Origin: Eutreptiella sp. 'Long Island Sound 2002'
Taxonomy: Eukaryota > Protista > Euglenida
Assembly: GCA_964036045.1 (NCBI GenBank)
Contig: OZ038378.1
Location: 180,792,001-180,856,000, forward strand
Length of the DNA: 64,000 nucleotides
Direction of reading: 5' to 3'
Numbering within the stretch: the first letter of the stretch is position 1; every line of letters begins with the position of its first letter. Below, one piece after another: positions 11,717 to 25,118 of this stretch. The position numbers were made by a program, and so were the translations under genes. Below the pieces are notes generated by a model. It was not told the origin of the DNA. It did not search any database and saw only the letters and a program-made list of their open reading frames with translations.

Positions 11717-12689
11717 TGTGGGTTGTGCTGCGGGGGACGGACAGCAGCAAGGGTGTGGTGGGTGGTGGTGATGGCTCGTTGGGCATGGGGGGGGGGGGTA
11801 GTGATGGACTTGTATTCCAAAATGGGAAAAGCAGATACGGGACTACTGTAGGGGCCCCACCCACGCGACCGTGTCCGGGCAATGCTAGGTAGCAAGCGTG
11901 GCCGTAGCGTCCATTTCATCCAAGGCTGTATCTAGCCATGTTCTTGTGACCTTGGAATAGAAATGGTGAGGTCTTGGATGCCCATGCGCGAGGACCAGCA
12001 TGCTTGCACCAAGTTGCCTTGGAGCGTGTCCTCCGGCTCAATCTGGCCTTCTTGTGCCATGATGTTCGGCTTGCAGTCCGCGAAATGCCAAGCACTGGTC
12101 AAAAGATGAACGTAGGTTCAGCGGCGGTGCCATGGGCGGAGAGGGCCATCCAAGCGGTGTATAGTTCTGCGGTGTAGGAGTTGTCAAGGCGCAGCAGGGT
12201 GTGGACGCCGTGGGCATGGTACCGCAAGGTGCGAGGGCAAAAAATGGCAATTGCCCCTCCGCACCGGTGGGTCCTGGGGCACGGCAAGGCATCATGGCCC
12301 ATGCCATAGTCGGTTGGCAGCCATGGGAAGATGGGGAAGCTGCTGAGGCCGCATAGCACTTGGACACAGGGGGTGGGTACCCTAGGGGTGCGCAAGGGCC
12401 GAAGATACCCTAGTCTAGCCAGCTTGTTGGGCAGATTCGGTGTTGTGGTGGCTTGCTTGGCAGCGGGCACCGTGACAGGCCATACGCCATGGCTGCCTTG
12501 GTCAAGGCTGAGGTTATTGCCGCAAACCGGGACGAAGCACCGGTTGCGGTTGGGAGGGTGGTACTCACGCTGGTCCGGAACGTGTCATTGAGAGTGTGGA
12601 CCAGGAACATTGAGCTTTGGCGGGGATGGTGAATCGGCCTCTTTTCGCAGGGCACGTCCAAGGCGGGGGCGGGTGCAGGTCATGTAAGT

Positions 12690-13340
12690 AGTTGCAATAG
12701 GGGCGTGGTTGGACGGGAAGCCGGAAGAGGTCAAAACGTGGGTAGTGTGGTCGCCGACGGCCACGGAGCACAGGAATATGCAGTCTAGGGCTCGGGTGGA
12801 CCCCTGCAGGCTCACCCATGTGGGGGCCTTTACTAGGGGGTTTAGGCGGCACAAGTCGAGTTGGTGGAGGAATAGTTGTAGGAGGTCTTGGAGGGGCGCG
12901 GGCGATGGCGGGAACTGTTGCGTCGAACCATAGTTAGCATTGAAGTCTCTTGTGAACACCACTATCGTGGCTGGAGTGAGGAGGAGGCGGGGTTACACCG
13001 AGTCTAGGACTTCCTGAATCATGTCCAAATCCCCGTCGGCGGGAAGGTAGGTGTTGGCATGTCAGTGGGAGGTGCCTACAACCGTGAAGTGGGTGACGAG
13101 TGCTCTCCCACAGGGGTGCGGATAATGACCAATAATTGTCATGTCGAGGGCGCGCCGGAGCATGGTGGTGCATCCTTGGTACGGGGCAACACCTGTGCCG
13201 ACTGGTACAAGGGATGTATGGTTTGGAGTACCCGGGGCCCGGACTCCACTGCTATGGGGAAGTGGTGTTCCCGCAGTAGGGTGTCGAGGGCGTGGTGTTT
13301 GGGGCGCAACAACGATTGCACATTGAGTGTGATGATGTCG
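12690..13340 (-). pseudogene. APE-family endonuclease domain of LINE ORF2, disrupted
   Basis: Motifs in order: IITLNVQSL, NTYLP, TRDFNA (GDFN), PTW...LDCIF, SNHAPI (SDH). Internal stops and a frameshift are present. Confidence 0.8.
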
Positions 13341-16300
13341 GGACTGGCGACTTCATCTTCGGACGATGATGGGCCACCGGGGTGTCGGCTGCTGGGCGTC
13401 CATATGTTGGTGCACTGTGCAGACAAACAACAACGAAGAGGGTGCGGCGGCGCTCGGACCCACTTGCGAAGATGGTTAGAGTCATAGGTTGTGGCCACAA
13501 CTAGGAGACTGGTGCGGGTAAGGCCCATCGCGGTAACTGAGACCCGGCCGTGGAGGGATGCCGGCAGGATGACATGGTGGTGCTCAGGGAGGATGAGTGA
13601 GACCAAGGCCATCCCTCTCTGGCCGAACTGTAGCTGGCGGGTGCCGGAGATTTGCATGCACTGCACAACCCTGGTGAGTGAGAGTACATAGCGGGGTCAC
13701 GTGTCCTCGCCAGTAGTGGTGCAATAATAGCGTACACCCGCCGAAAGGTGGAGGCACAACTGCAGGGCATAGGGGGGCTCCACAAACTGGGTTGTCCCTA
13801 GGGGGTGCTCTGCGACTTGGCCCCGCTCGTGCTGGGCCGAAGTGGTGGTGAATGTACCAAGGTGCAGCTCAGACAGTCGGGGGACACCATCAAGGTGCGA
13901 GTGGGTGAGGCCCACCACTTTGGGTGAACACCCTCGTTGTAGCCACTGGCCTCCTATTTAGATCGGGGAGGGGGGTTTTAGCGTCCTTGGTGGGGATCGC
14001 CGAAATATGGTTGGTACCGTTGGGGGTCCGCAGGCGGGCTCCATGGGGGGGAGGGGGCGGCGGTCCCCCGGGATACGCGTAGGGGAACAATGGTGGGGGC
14101 GGTTGGCAATCATCTTGGTCATGGCGGTCAAGTCGGGCTTCCTGGTAAGCGTTGCGGTAGCAGGTGGGAGAGGGCTCCTGGTGGTTAGGGCTACAACGCT
14201 AGGCCGGAGAATGTTCAGTGCGGCGCGGTAGGTTGTGGTGCCGAGAATACTTGGGCTCGGGTTCGCCATCTGAACCAAGGGGCGGGTCAAGTCAAATTCT
14301 GTGTTTGGGTCCCTGCGGCCCTTAGACCCGCGCGTGCCCTAGTGAGTCTTGCATTATCCTAGTTCCCTTTGGGGATCAGGGGTCCACAGAGTGTACAGCT
14401 GCTTCTTGGACTCGACCCACGAGATCTTCCAGCCTCGTGCGATGTGGTGGCGGACGAGCTTCATCCTCTTGGTGTAGTCGGCATGCTTGACCCCCACAAT
14501 GGTGAACTTCGCGTAGTGGTTCAACGGGGGGCCCGTGGTGGACGCGAGCCCTGCTTTGAACTTGTCCCGGAGCACGCCGCCAAGGAGGCTTTCGTTCACT
14601 TTGCTTGCATGGGGGGTCATTGACCGCCTACCACCCCACCCACAGCGCCTTGGAGAACACCTGGGGTTCCGCCTTCTGCGGGGTGTGCGCCGCTCTCTTG
14701 GTGGTACCTGCTGCTTGGTTGGCTGCGGCACCCTCTTCGGGCTGGACCCCCGGGGCGTCAATCACCTGCTGGACGTGTGGGGGGTTGAGCATGAAGTCGC
14801 GTAGCACCTCGGGCATTCCCGTTGGGGAGGCCGCGTGGGTGCAAAACTAGTCCCATCGTTCCCGAATGGGGGACTAGGGGAACAACTCAGTGCGTGTGCC
14901 AAAATGGCAGTACACGCGCAGGTGGAGTGCATGGGCAACCTCGTCGGCGAACGGAAACCGCCAAGCTGGACAACTTTGTGAGGTCTCTCTCGCACTTGCC
15001 GTCCATCTCCACTTGCCTTAGGACGCTACAGACTTACCCAGCGGCGTTCGTGGATGCCGTCTAGGCCCCGCCAACTTTGTGCTACCACCACCCCTCACCG
15101 CTTAGTTTTGGCACTGGCGTCGGTGATCACCGCGGCAGCCATCTTGAGCTTCCCACAAATGCCCGACCTTGAAGTCTTGGCTAGCGTGCTTCGGTGAGCT
15201 GTTGCGGAGAGTGCAGGTGCCTGCCATTCCCCTCCCGCCGCCCCACACATCTCGTTTCTTGTCCCCGCTCCGTTGTCGCGTGGCTGGGCCCTAGCCGCCT
15301 CCTCACGGGCCCCGGCACCGGTGGCCCCCCCTTAGGCCTTGAACAGAGCCCACGAGGCCCCGCTCACCGCCACCGCGGATGCGGTGCTGTCCGACTTTCT
15401 TGGGTGGATTCCCATGAGGCGGTCCAACTGCGCCTAGGCATTGCCCCACTTGTCTCAAACGCGGTCAATGTCTGGTTGTAGCAATTGTAGATCCTCGGTT
15501 GCGGTGCGTAGCTCTTGTTCTAGTGCATCATGGCGGTCTCGTAGGAGGCCATAATCGTCAGTGTACGCGTTGACATCCACGTCGGGGACAAACGGCTTGG
15601 AGGAAAGAAACGGCGGGCTGGACGTAGCGGAGCCGGCTGCAAGGATGGGCAACTCGGGGAGGTGCGGTGCCCGCGCGGCCACCTCAGCTTGGGAAGGGGG
15701 TTCCGGGATAGAGAAGGAGAGAGTGGGAGGCCTGGGGAGGAGGGACGTAGGGGGTGATGTAGTGGAGGGTGTTGCCACCGGTTCTCCAACGACCTAGGCT
15801 GGGTGCCGGTAGAAGGAGGAAGCCGCGGTAAATGTCCCAGTGTTTGGGTTGGTGAGTTGCTGCTAGGTTGGGGTGCCTATTGTCCCCTGGTGAGGAAGGG
15901 TGCATGGGCGGGAGGGGCGAGGGCCGGTGGACGTGCAGTGTCTTCAAGACCTGCTTGCGGGAGGGCAAATGTGGGTGTAGTCGCCCACAAGTGCTTTCCA
16001 GTCTGCTCAATTTGGTGCAAGACTTTTGCGATGCGCACTGAAAGCAGAGTAGCACTCCAGAAGGGCGTAGCTGGGCGGGGGCCCATAGCCCCTTGTTGGT
16101 CAAGGGGGGGCGGGTTGGATACCAAAGGCAAGGTGAGCTGTCCGGTTAGGCGAACTGACGCCGCCCTTGCTAAAAGGCTAAATTTGAGGGGGACCAGCTC
16201 ACCAGTGAGAACTTCGATGGCTTGCAAGGCGCCTCGTTGGGTAGGGCCCAAAGAACGGCAACCTGTCGCGGACCTTGAGCCGGTGCCATGTGGGCCGCGA

Positions 16301-17743
16301 GCAGGTGGGTAGGAACCGGCTAATGTGCGTCTACAACTTGTGGGCAACCTTGGCATTTGGCAGTTCACGGGGCACATCCGTGTCAGCCACTGGGGGCCTT
16401 TCTTTTGGTGTGTGCATGGCCTTAAGGGTGGCTTGTGGCAGCTTGAGCGAGGAGATAGACACGTGACTAAGGCTCCAGCGGGTGATGAGGGTTGCTGTTG
16501 TGGTGTCAGTCTCGCGGGAGAAGTACTCCACGAGGGGCCCGCCGTGGGTCAATGCAAGGGGGACATGTTCAATCACTTGTGCAGCAAAGTCATTGGGGGA
16601 GATAGTGACAATGGCACTGAGTAGTAGCTAGTGCGGGGTCTAGACCCTGCTAATTGCCGTGACGGCTTGGATGGTGCCATCCGCAGCAACAACGGAGGGC
16701 GGCACATAGGCTGGCAAGGCTACAATTGGGGGCCTCCACAGGTGCGAGCGCAACTTCAACGGCGCCCTCCTTCACCTGGTCTAGGGCTTGCGGTAGTCGG
16801 TTAGCCTGCTCAAATTGCGCAATGTCCATCAAGAACTCCGGGAAGGGCCGTCAGCGGATGGAGGCACCGTGGGCAACGACCTGTGGGGTAGGGGTCACCG
16901 AAAATTGGGATGCGGGTGAAGAACGTTCTGATATGGGTATCCTGTGACATAGAGCAAAATGCGTAGAATGAGTGATGCGAGGCACATGGACACGTGGTCG
17001 GGCACCCTCCTGGGTTGCGCATGCACAGAGCACACAAGTAAGGATAGACGGCTTGGGTCGACGAGAAAAATCTGTCACGGCATGTTAGCCTTGAGCATGG
17101 CCATTGTGCAAAATCATGGAAGAAAAGAGCACAACAAAAAGCGAGGTGGGGGGCGCCTTGCACAGGCACCCCCCCAAAAAAAAGAGCAGGTCCTAGGACT
17201 CGGGCGGAGGGGCAGGAGCCATAGCAAAGAATGCCTGGCGACAACCCTCTTTAGTGGGTAGGGGAGCATCCAGCGAGGGCCAATACCCAATCTTGGTAGT
17301 TGGGGAGGACGCAAAGTGGAGCGAAACACATACAACCGGTGAGAATCGCGGTACCCCTGCACAACACGCCACATTAGAGTGCCGCCGTAGGTGATAGAGA
17401 ACTGCCGCGCCAACTGTGAAGGAGTGAAGGACACGCAAAGGGGGAGAGACACACAACATGCGTGGCACTCAACCCTTGGAGAGATGTGACGAAGAGAGAC
17501 AAAACACCATGATGGTGTAGTGTGGAGTACACGAGGTGGCCATATTGGCCTAGAGAGGAGTCACGTAGCAAGCGGCTATAACAAGGCATCATGGATGAAA
17601 ATCACTGGCCGGTGCTTAGCATGCGTGTCGGTAAATTGTCCTACAGCTTCCATCTTGAGGGTTTTTATACTGGTGCCACGTCACCAGAAGATGGGAGGTC
17701 AAGGGGGGGAAGGGGAGAGAGAGAAGGAGGGGGGGGGGAGGGG

Positions 17744-17943
17744 NNNNNNNNNNNNNNNNNNNNNNNNNNNNNNNNNNNNNNNNNNNNNNNNNNNNNNNNN
17801 NNNNNNNNNNNNNNNNNNNNNNNNNNNNNNNNNNNNNNNNNNNNNNNNNNNNNNNNNNNNNNNNNNNNNNNNNNNNNNNNNNNNNNNNNNNNNNNNNNNN
17901 NNNNNNNNNNNNNNNNNNNNNNNNNNNNNNNNNNNNNNNNNNN
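17744..17943. other. Assembly gap (200 N) truncating exon J
   Basis: Run of N directly in the sequence. Confidence 1.
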
Positions 17944-18123
17944 CGTTGCGAAACGGGCGCTGAGCAGCTGCGTGAATCGGCTGAATGTGGTGCATGTTGC
18001 GTCCGGATCTGGACCTGGTACCGCCCCCATCACGACGCCGTCGACGATGCCATCCGAATCCCAACCAGCAAGTAGTGTGGTGTGCCACCCCAGCTCCTTG
18101 TGATGTCCGTTCGTGCCCTCGAT
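17944..18123 (-). CDS. Giant modular protein, exon J (3' end lost in the gap)
   Basis: Acceptor TTGTTGTTGCAG|ATC, phase 0. Frame open into the gap: IEGTNGHHKELGWHTTLLAGWDSDGIVDGVVMGAVPGPDPDATCTTFSRF. Confidence 0.72.
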
Positions 18124-18124
18124 C

Positions 18125-18680
18125 TGCAACAACAAGCACAACAACTAATTGCGCCGTAAAAAAAAAAGCACCACAGCAGCCGCAGTCGCTGCCGCTGCAA
18201 CAGCCGCAGCACCAGCAGCAAGAACAAACACCACCACCATAACCAAAAACAGCAACTGAAAGCAGTAGCAACAGCAAAACCAACGACATGCAACAGCATT
18301 ATCAACAATCAAAGCAGTGGCAGCTGCAACAACATCATCATCAACAGCAGCAGCAGCAGTAGCAACAGCAACGACCGTCATGAGCACCATCGCAAGCCAC
18401 AACATCGCAAAGCACAAGCACAACCACAAGTACAAATAACAGCACACACACAAGCACAGCCACAACCACAAGCACCACAAGCATAAACAACCACAACCAA
18501 GTAAATCCCCATACCAGTGGCAGCAGCAAAGCAATACCAAGATCAACATCAGCAGCAGCATCATCAACAAGGGTAGCAACACATGGGTAAAGTATACACA
18601 CTGCAAAACATTACTTCCTACACCAGAAACAGCAAACACAGCGCAACCACAACCACAGCAGCAACAGCATGAGCTTCACA
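18125..18680. repeat. CAA/CAG/CAC-rich low-complexity tract
   Basis: Dense CAACAA, CAGCAG and CACAAC triplet-like runs. Confidence 0.85.
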
Positions 18681-18948
18681 GGCTTCCCAGGCATGCCAAT
18701 GCCAAAGCAACACCACCTGCCTTGGAAAGAAAAAATCGAAAAACCCCACAGACCGTCAGAGAAAAACCAAGAGGGCCGTTGCAATGGAAGATATGCCAAA
18801 GTGACAGTCTGTTGAGCCAAGGGCTTGGCGTGCCCACCCTCAAAGAAAAATGGCAGGTCGTACACTGTTGTGCGAAACAGAATCATGCGAACCAGCTACC
18901 CCCCACCCCCCCTTGCGAGGGCAACACTAACAATCCAAAATTTGACGG

Positions 18949-19316
18949 AAACAACACCTCTTGTTGCTCTGACAGGAGCGTTGTTTGTGCGTGCCGTCGG
19001 AAGGCACAAGAGGTGACTATTGCGTCATGAATGTACCAATTGTCGATGGATTCCCTGATCTCCACCCCCAAAAGAACAAGAAACAGTGAAAATGGGTGGC
19101 AGGGCAGCAACCAATGTCCCCAAAATACCATCCTCAGCCTCAAATGACCCAAAAAGCGTGATCTTCATGGACCACCAGAACATGGAACCGCCAAATTCCA
19201 CGGTTGACAGACATCTCACCACATATTATCCACATATTACCTGGGGTCACCGACAGTTTCCCTTAATTGGGACTGGGGTTTCCCGTTTTTTTGCTTCTCA
19301 ATCAATCACCCACCAG
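18949..19316. repeat. Dispersed repeat, related copy at about 40724-40937
   Basis: Shared blocks GGAAACAACACCTC.TGTTG.TC and TTTTTTGCTTCTCAATCAATCACCC.CCA in the same order. Confidence 0.7.
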
Positions 19317-19705
19317 CGCCCGCCAAGATTTTGGGATCCATGGGGTCCTGCTTCACCCACAGTCCAGCGTGCTGCTTCAAGCTGAAGCGCAGGCATGGGC
19401 GGCACTGCATGGAAATGCACGCGAGGAATAAACCACCGAATTAGCAGTGCAACGAACGGCGCGGGGACAACGAAAAAGCTTTTTAGAAGAGCACAAAAAA
19501 CTGCTGGAACAGCTGGGGGCTGGGGGGTGGTTCCACCAAAGGCTGTACTACTGTGTGGTACAATCGGTGTTGATGGTGTGCAGCATTTCCAAGGCATTTC
19601 GCCGTTCGTGTTGCTGGTGGAGTGTGGTCAAACCCCAGAGCTCTGGCCACTTTCAAGCGCAGCGGCAGCACATCTGCGCAGAACAGACACGCACTCACAT
19701 CACAC

Positions 19706-19840
19706 CTTCGTTTGCATATATGTCATGTAGATAATGCAGCGGTGCAGGTCCTCATGTGCCGAGAGCACATCGATGTGGTACGCCAGGCAGAGCGGGAACC
19801 TCGCGCACTGATCGCGGCAGTACGCCCCCGTCACCCCGTC
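19706..19840 (-). CDS. Giant modular protein, exon I (PAN/Apple-like)
   Basis: TTTTGTGCAG|GAC to GAAG|GTGTGA; 135 nt, phase 0-0. Encodes DGVTGAYCRDQCARFPLCLAYHIDVLSAHEDLHRCIIYMTYMQTK. Confidence 0.78.
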
Positions 19841-20883
19841 CTGCACAAAAGTAGGCGCGGAGCAGCAGGTGAGAGGGACTGGTGGTTGGATTGGAGCGGG
19901 ATCGCGGATGGACTGAATGGACCAGGACACACGCAGACACGTGCACCAACAGAACCGTAAACCAATGGAGAGGGACGAAAGAGAGGGCAGACGGCGCAGA
20001 GATCGGCAGAGATCTCCGGCTACTCCCCATGGGCTGTGCTCGAAAGGGGGGGGTCTGGGGGGGGGGGGGGGGGTTACCACAAAGGCTCAGTGAATGTGCC
20101 GGTTGGCGGTTCCCTGTTGTACACACTGGTGTGACTTTTCAGGAAGAAATTGTCTATCATTTGCTGGTGGCGATTGAGAACGGGCCTGACAAGTCGTTTC
20201 CACAAAACAGGGGAGGACCGCCAGATTTTCGAATTCTTCGTATGGATCTGCCGTGGGCTGCACTGCGCCTTCGCCCAACCCCCTGCATGACATTTCGTCG
20301 TTCGTTGGCTTCGGTATGGGGCCCTGGACAGTCACCCGTTCTTCCCTTGGCAGAGTACGCGTGGGGCATCGTTGCCTGTCCGGCCGGTGCGTGCCCCCCC
20401 CCCCCCCGCCCTCGCTTTTTGTGCCCAAAATCTCTGGCCCACCAGACGGGTGTGCGAAGAGGGTACAGAACGTTTTCCTCCCATGCCCCCCAGTCCACAC
20501 TGTGTGTCTGTTTGTCGGTATACCGTACAAATATTTGCTGTTTTGCGGAATACCAAATTTTGCGCTCCGTGTTTTGAATTTCATTTACGCAAAACTTTTG
20601 CGACAGCACCCCAAGTAGGGAAAAGTTATTTTATTTTGCGATTTTTTCCTATGGAATTCAGTTTTGCGGAGCTCTTTTTGGTTTATTGAGTCAAACTGTT
20701 TTTTACTGTTGCTTTTTTTGGGGGGGGGGGTTTGACCTCTCTGTTTTGGGGTGTTATGTTTCATTCATTTTGGCGCCACTGAAAATATAAACATTCGTAC
20801 GGTATGCGACAATGCAAATGCTTCGTGCCAGGCAAGTGCACATCGGATCCATCCCTTGTCCATCATTGTGCCCCCTGTTGTAC

Positions 20884-21285
20884 CTTCCAGTAGCTCGGCA
20901 TCGCGCTGCCCCGTTCGTCAACGCAGGATCCGTCGAAGTCCCGCCAGACGTTGGCATGCGGCCCCGCCACGCACGTGCCGGCCTGGCACTGGTCCAAGTA
21001 CTCCACGGCAAAGTAGCCCGGATCGTAGTCGAAGAAATACCCGTCGCTGCAGGGCGTGCCGTCCGGTTGGGGTGTGTACAGGCAGCCCCCGGTGGCCAGG
21101 GAGCAGGTGCCGTTGGACTGGCAAGGCTGGGCCGGACAGACGACCGGCTGAGTCCCCACATGATAAAGGTCCGCTGGCAGCGTGTACCTGAAGAGCACAT
21201 CCGCCCCCGACACGTTCCACGCCGGGTCGTCCGCCCAGAACCAGTGAGTGATGTCATGCGCTTCACTTTGCGGCACGGCGAACAC
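20884..21285 (-). CDS. Giant modular protein, exon H (Cys-rich repeat)
   Basis: CCACAG|GTG to GGAAG|GTACAA; 402 nt, phase 0-0. Contains CPAQPCQSNGTCSLATGGCLYTPQPDGTPCSDG...DQCQAGTCVAG. Confidence 0.85.
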
Positions 21286-21693
21286 CTGTGGTCAGGGGCA
21301 GCGGGAAGGGGTCCAGGCAACGGCATGGGCGTGAGGCACGGGCAGGGGCATGGCCAGCAGTCACGGTGTCCCGTTCCAATGTTCACCTGTTCTGCACCAA
21401 AGAGTCCTTGCCCCGATCTGTGTCACAGTTTTTGGAGCACTTGATGGCCTCCTTCTTGTCCTGAGGGTCGTGAAGCAACGGATACTTAGCTACCATATGA
21501 CCCCCGTGACACAGGCCATACGGTCATCGCTCTTCCAAGTCCAGTGCTGAATGTCGCCTTGAGTTCGCCCAGCTGGGCTATCGAATGTTTCATAGGCTGG
21601 CTTGGGTTAGAACATGGCAGTTCACCTCGCCCTCCCACTCTTCTGCGGCCTACACACCAGCTCACAATCACTGCTTTCCCCCTCATCGCTCTC

Positions 21694-21757
21694 ACTCATC
21701 ATCCCTGCATCAGTGCTGTCTGCTGTACTCATCATCCCTGCATCAGTGCTGTCTGCT
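21694..21757. repeat. 33-bp tandem duplication within an acidic ORF remnant
   Basis: ACTCATCATCCCTGCATCAGTGCTGTCTGCT at 21694 and 21727; in frame in the minus-strand ORF 21622-21879. Confidence 0.9.
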
Positions 21758-22939
21758 TCACTGTCCACCGCGTCCCAATTCTCCTCTGGTTCTTCTTCCT
21801 GCTCGGGCATCTCCTCCAGCCCCAGCTCCCTCCACACTTCACTGGCCTCTTTCTCTCTGACTACCCTTGGCAAGGACAACTCTGCACTTCTTGTCCTGAG
21901 GGGGGGGGGGGGGCGGCTCTAGTTGTTGCAAAGGTGCTATTTGCAACATCCACTGCAAAGTGTCTGCGCCTCTACCGAGCGTAGCCTCCGCAATCGATGG
22001 TCTTTGTCTATTTGTGGGGCCTCTATGATTTTGTTTGCATTCTGTTTTTCCCCCATGTGTCCCCCCCCCTTAGTGCTTCAACAGATTGCTGTCTGGGTGT
22101 CTTTCCCACAATTCTGCAACTGCCCAGCATGGGACCTAGCCCGAAAGCCAGGGCAATCATATTGACTTTGGCATTTGTTATAGGGGTTTCCAACTGATCT
22201 GATGTAATCCTTGTGTGACTTTTTGTGGCCGCATTTTTGGTAGCCAGCTTAGGTAGCTTTTTTTTTTTTTGACGAAGCTGCATCACTTCTACAACAGTGC
22301 GAGAAAGTCTTGGAGAACAAATACACCCACAGAAATATAACATAGCATCTTCCCCTGTCAATGAAGGGGTCGTGACCGAAAGAGCTACTTACATTCCTGA
22401 TAAGAGTTTGCCTGTAGTGCGATGTTTGGCTGCCACACCCTCTACTTAGTGCACCTCACCTTTGGGGATCGTTCTTGGGGGGAGTTCTACCGGTGTTGAC
22501 AATTTACCACATATCTGACTAATCAACCAACGACTGGGGCACCTGCACTTGGTGTTGAGGGATGCGTTTTGTTCCACTGGGATTCCTGTCATTGTTGCAG
22601 ACCTTTCATCACCAGCGCATGCCACTCACCCATCACACGGTATGTGTAGTCGATCGCATACACCCACTGTGCATACACCTGTTCAACGTGGTGGAGCCAC
22701 TTTCCCGTCCTCCTATACCACAGTCCCTCATAGTGCCTTGCTTGCAGGATGTCCTGGTATTCATGTCTGTGTACATTTTGCGCTGCATGAAGTCGATGTA
22801 CTTGGCGCTGCACTCAGATATTGTGTTACCTTGGTGTACCCTTTGGGGTCCAAATATTCAAGTGCCCTGACCTTTGCATAGTACGTGAGTTCACTACGCA
22901 TAAGTTTCCCTTGAATGTCGCGTGGAGGGAAACAATCTT

Positions 22940-23063
22940 GGTGGCCTTACCTTGTTTCTTTTTTCCTTGGACTAACATGACTTGACTCTGTTGTGCTTGC
23001 GGTGGCCTTACCTTGTTTCTTTTTTCCTTGGACTAACATGACTTGACTCTGTTGTGCTTGCGG
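22940..23063. repeat. Perfect 61-bp tandem duplication
   Basis: GGTGGCCTTACCTTGTTTC...GTTGTGCTTGC at 22940 and 23001. Confidence 0.92.
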
Positions 23064-23728
23064 AGTTGGATTTGGGGATACGGACCTGGGGCATGGTGAT
23101 CAATATCAGGCTTCCACCAACTCACTATGATGGATCTCATTGTCTTCCTTGGGGGACAAAATGCACTGTTGTGTGCTTGTGCATCAAGAATATGGCCGAC
23201 TAATGTGGACCTAGTGTGAAGTGATGTTGTGTATTTGTTTATTAGGGCTTGTGTATTGCAAACATCCATTTTAAGGTGTTAGACAACAACCCAAAACAGG
23301 AAGCTAGTTGAGACCGATTTTTGGTCTTGAGCGTTGGGATTTGCACAGCTTCTGCTGAGAATGGGCAATCATTCAGGAAATGGTCACTGGGCTACTTCAA
23401 ACTACAGGTGTCCTCCTAGAGCCATAGTTCCGTCCTTCTTTTGAGACAAAGAGGTCCCACTGACGAAGCCCTGGCCCCTGGCTGTTGTGCTGGTGGTTAT
23501 TGTGATGCGTCATCTTCGAGTGTGTTGTCCTGCTGTACTGTGTTGCACTGTGCTTTGTTGCGATGTGGTGTGGTGGGGTATGTTGCTCATGCACAACCAG
23601 GCTTCTCATGGGGGTCTGAGCTTCATGGGGGTCTGAACCTTGGAAACAGGGGCACCGGCAGCATGGGGCAAATGCATGAGCAGGAGCAGGCATGGTCGTG
23701 TGCGCAGGGGCAGGGGAAGGGGCGCGAC

Positions 23729-24067
23729 CGTCACGTTCCGCGGCCTGGACATCGACGTCACGACCGACGTGAGGTCGGGTCCGTCCATCGCCACCCAAAG
23801 CCAAGGCTGCAGTGCTGTCAACTGCGGGAAGGAGCAGGTGGCACAGTCCGAGGCGTTGAGAACAAGCGTGACCGCGCACGCGGGCGAACCCGGCGTACGC
23901 CGGCATTTGGCGCGGATATCGATGGTGGTGCCCTGCAGCAGTTGCGGGGTGTGAAAAGTCGTGAGGGACATGGGCTGGGTGCCGAAGTACGCTGTGCTTT
24001 CTGGGTGCTCCTTGCCGTCGATGTACACCCGAGCCTGCCCCGGGACGAAACCCACGAAGGAGTCCAC
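23729..24067 (-). CDS. Giant modular protein, exon G
   Basis: CTCTCAG|GTG; donor ACG|GTCGCG (alternative in-frame donor ending at 23735); phase 0-0. Encodes VDSFVGFVPGQARVYIDGKEHP...PWLWVAMDGPDL. Confidence 0.8.
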
Positions 24068-24420
24068 CTGAGAGGCAGTGTACGAGTGTGTGAGGGAGGG
24101 CGTTGCAGAGTGTGGCCATGGCGAGTTGGATGGACAAATTCGTGACCGCCAAGACAGGCAGGGGCAGGGGCAGAGGCAGAGGTTCCCCACAAAATCAACT
24201 GTGGCCGGTCTTCCTGTCGTCCCCGCCTCCTACACAACCGAGAGCATTAGGGAGGCCACTGTTTTCCTGCTTTGCACAGGCTCGTTCACTGGCCTAGAAA
24301 CGCATGGAACATCCAACAGGAGAAAGCTACCCCCCCCCCCCCTCCCCCCTTGTGTGTAGCGAACAGTAAAATCCTAAAAAAATACGGTCCGAACAGGAGT
24401 GTTCGTTGGACACGCCGTTC

Positions 24421-24442
24421 GGTACCGAATTAATTCGGTACC
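24421..24442. repeat. Perfect 22-bp palindrome
   Basis: GGTACCGAATTAATTCGGTACC equals its own reverse complement. Confidence 0.95.
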
Positions 24443-25118
24443 TGAACCCGGTACTTAATTGATAAAGTTCCAAAAAATTACGGTGTTTGTTGGACAATGC
24501 ATTCGTTGGGCACGGGGGGCGGGTACTCACTCCGCTGGAGTGTTCCGCTGTGTTATGTTGACCCACCAGTTTCTGTTTGACGCTACCCATTGTGTCACAA
24601 TTTCACAGCCTTCGTTCAGATGAGGCATCACTTGGGGGGGGCGGGTTTTCAAAGGGGGAAGGGCTGAGCAGAGCCCCCAGCCCCCCCCGCCCCGCAAAAG
24701 GCTGAATGGACCCTCCTAACCCCCCAATGCAACCGGAACTGACCCCCCAGACCCCGGACGTCATACGCACCGCAAAAATTTAAAAAATTGAAACTGGCAC
24801 GTCAGGAATCAGCGCGTCGCAGGGCGTTCTAAAGCCCATCATTTACCTTCTGTACAGTACAAAACAAAAGACCATTCAACAGCCCCGCCCCCCCCCCCAA
24901 AGAAAATTTTGGAGCCTTCATCTGCTGACAGATCACTGGCCCCAGCAGTTGAGTGAGTCCCTTTCCCAAGCCCCCCCCGAACTAAACACCCAAACTGCCC
25001 TTCAGCCATGTGACAATTCAATACTCGGGACTGACCTTAGCATATCGGCCCGTTCAGCAGACTGGCGGAGCAGTGGGGATGGGAGCTGGGACCCAAGGGT
25101 TTGTACACCAAAAATAGT

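Larger units (their letters stand above)
10860..17000 (-). mobile_element. Decayed non-LTR retrotransposon (LINE): ORF1-like fragments, APE endonuclease, RT-like remnants
   Basis: APE motifs are clear at 12690-13340. Protein-like ORF fragments with stops lie upstream (14350-16950). Weak RT-like pieces lie downstream (...NRVP..., RYGRGERYLVVGLRG). Boundaries are approximate and the RT assignment is weak. Confidence 0.7.

Noticed and set aside
18030-18639. Hydrophobic or Cys-rich ORFs in the CAA/CAG tract
   Set aside because: They are translation artefacts of low-complexity triplet repeats.
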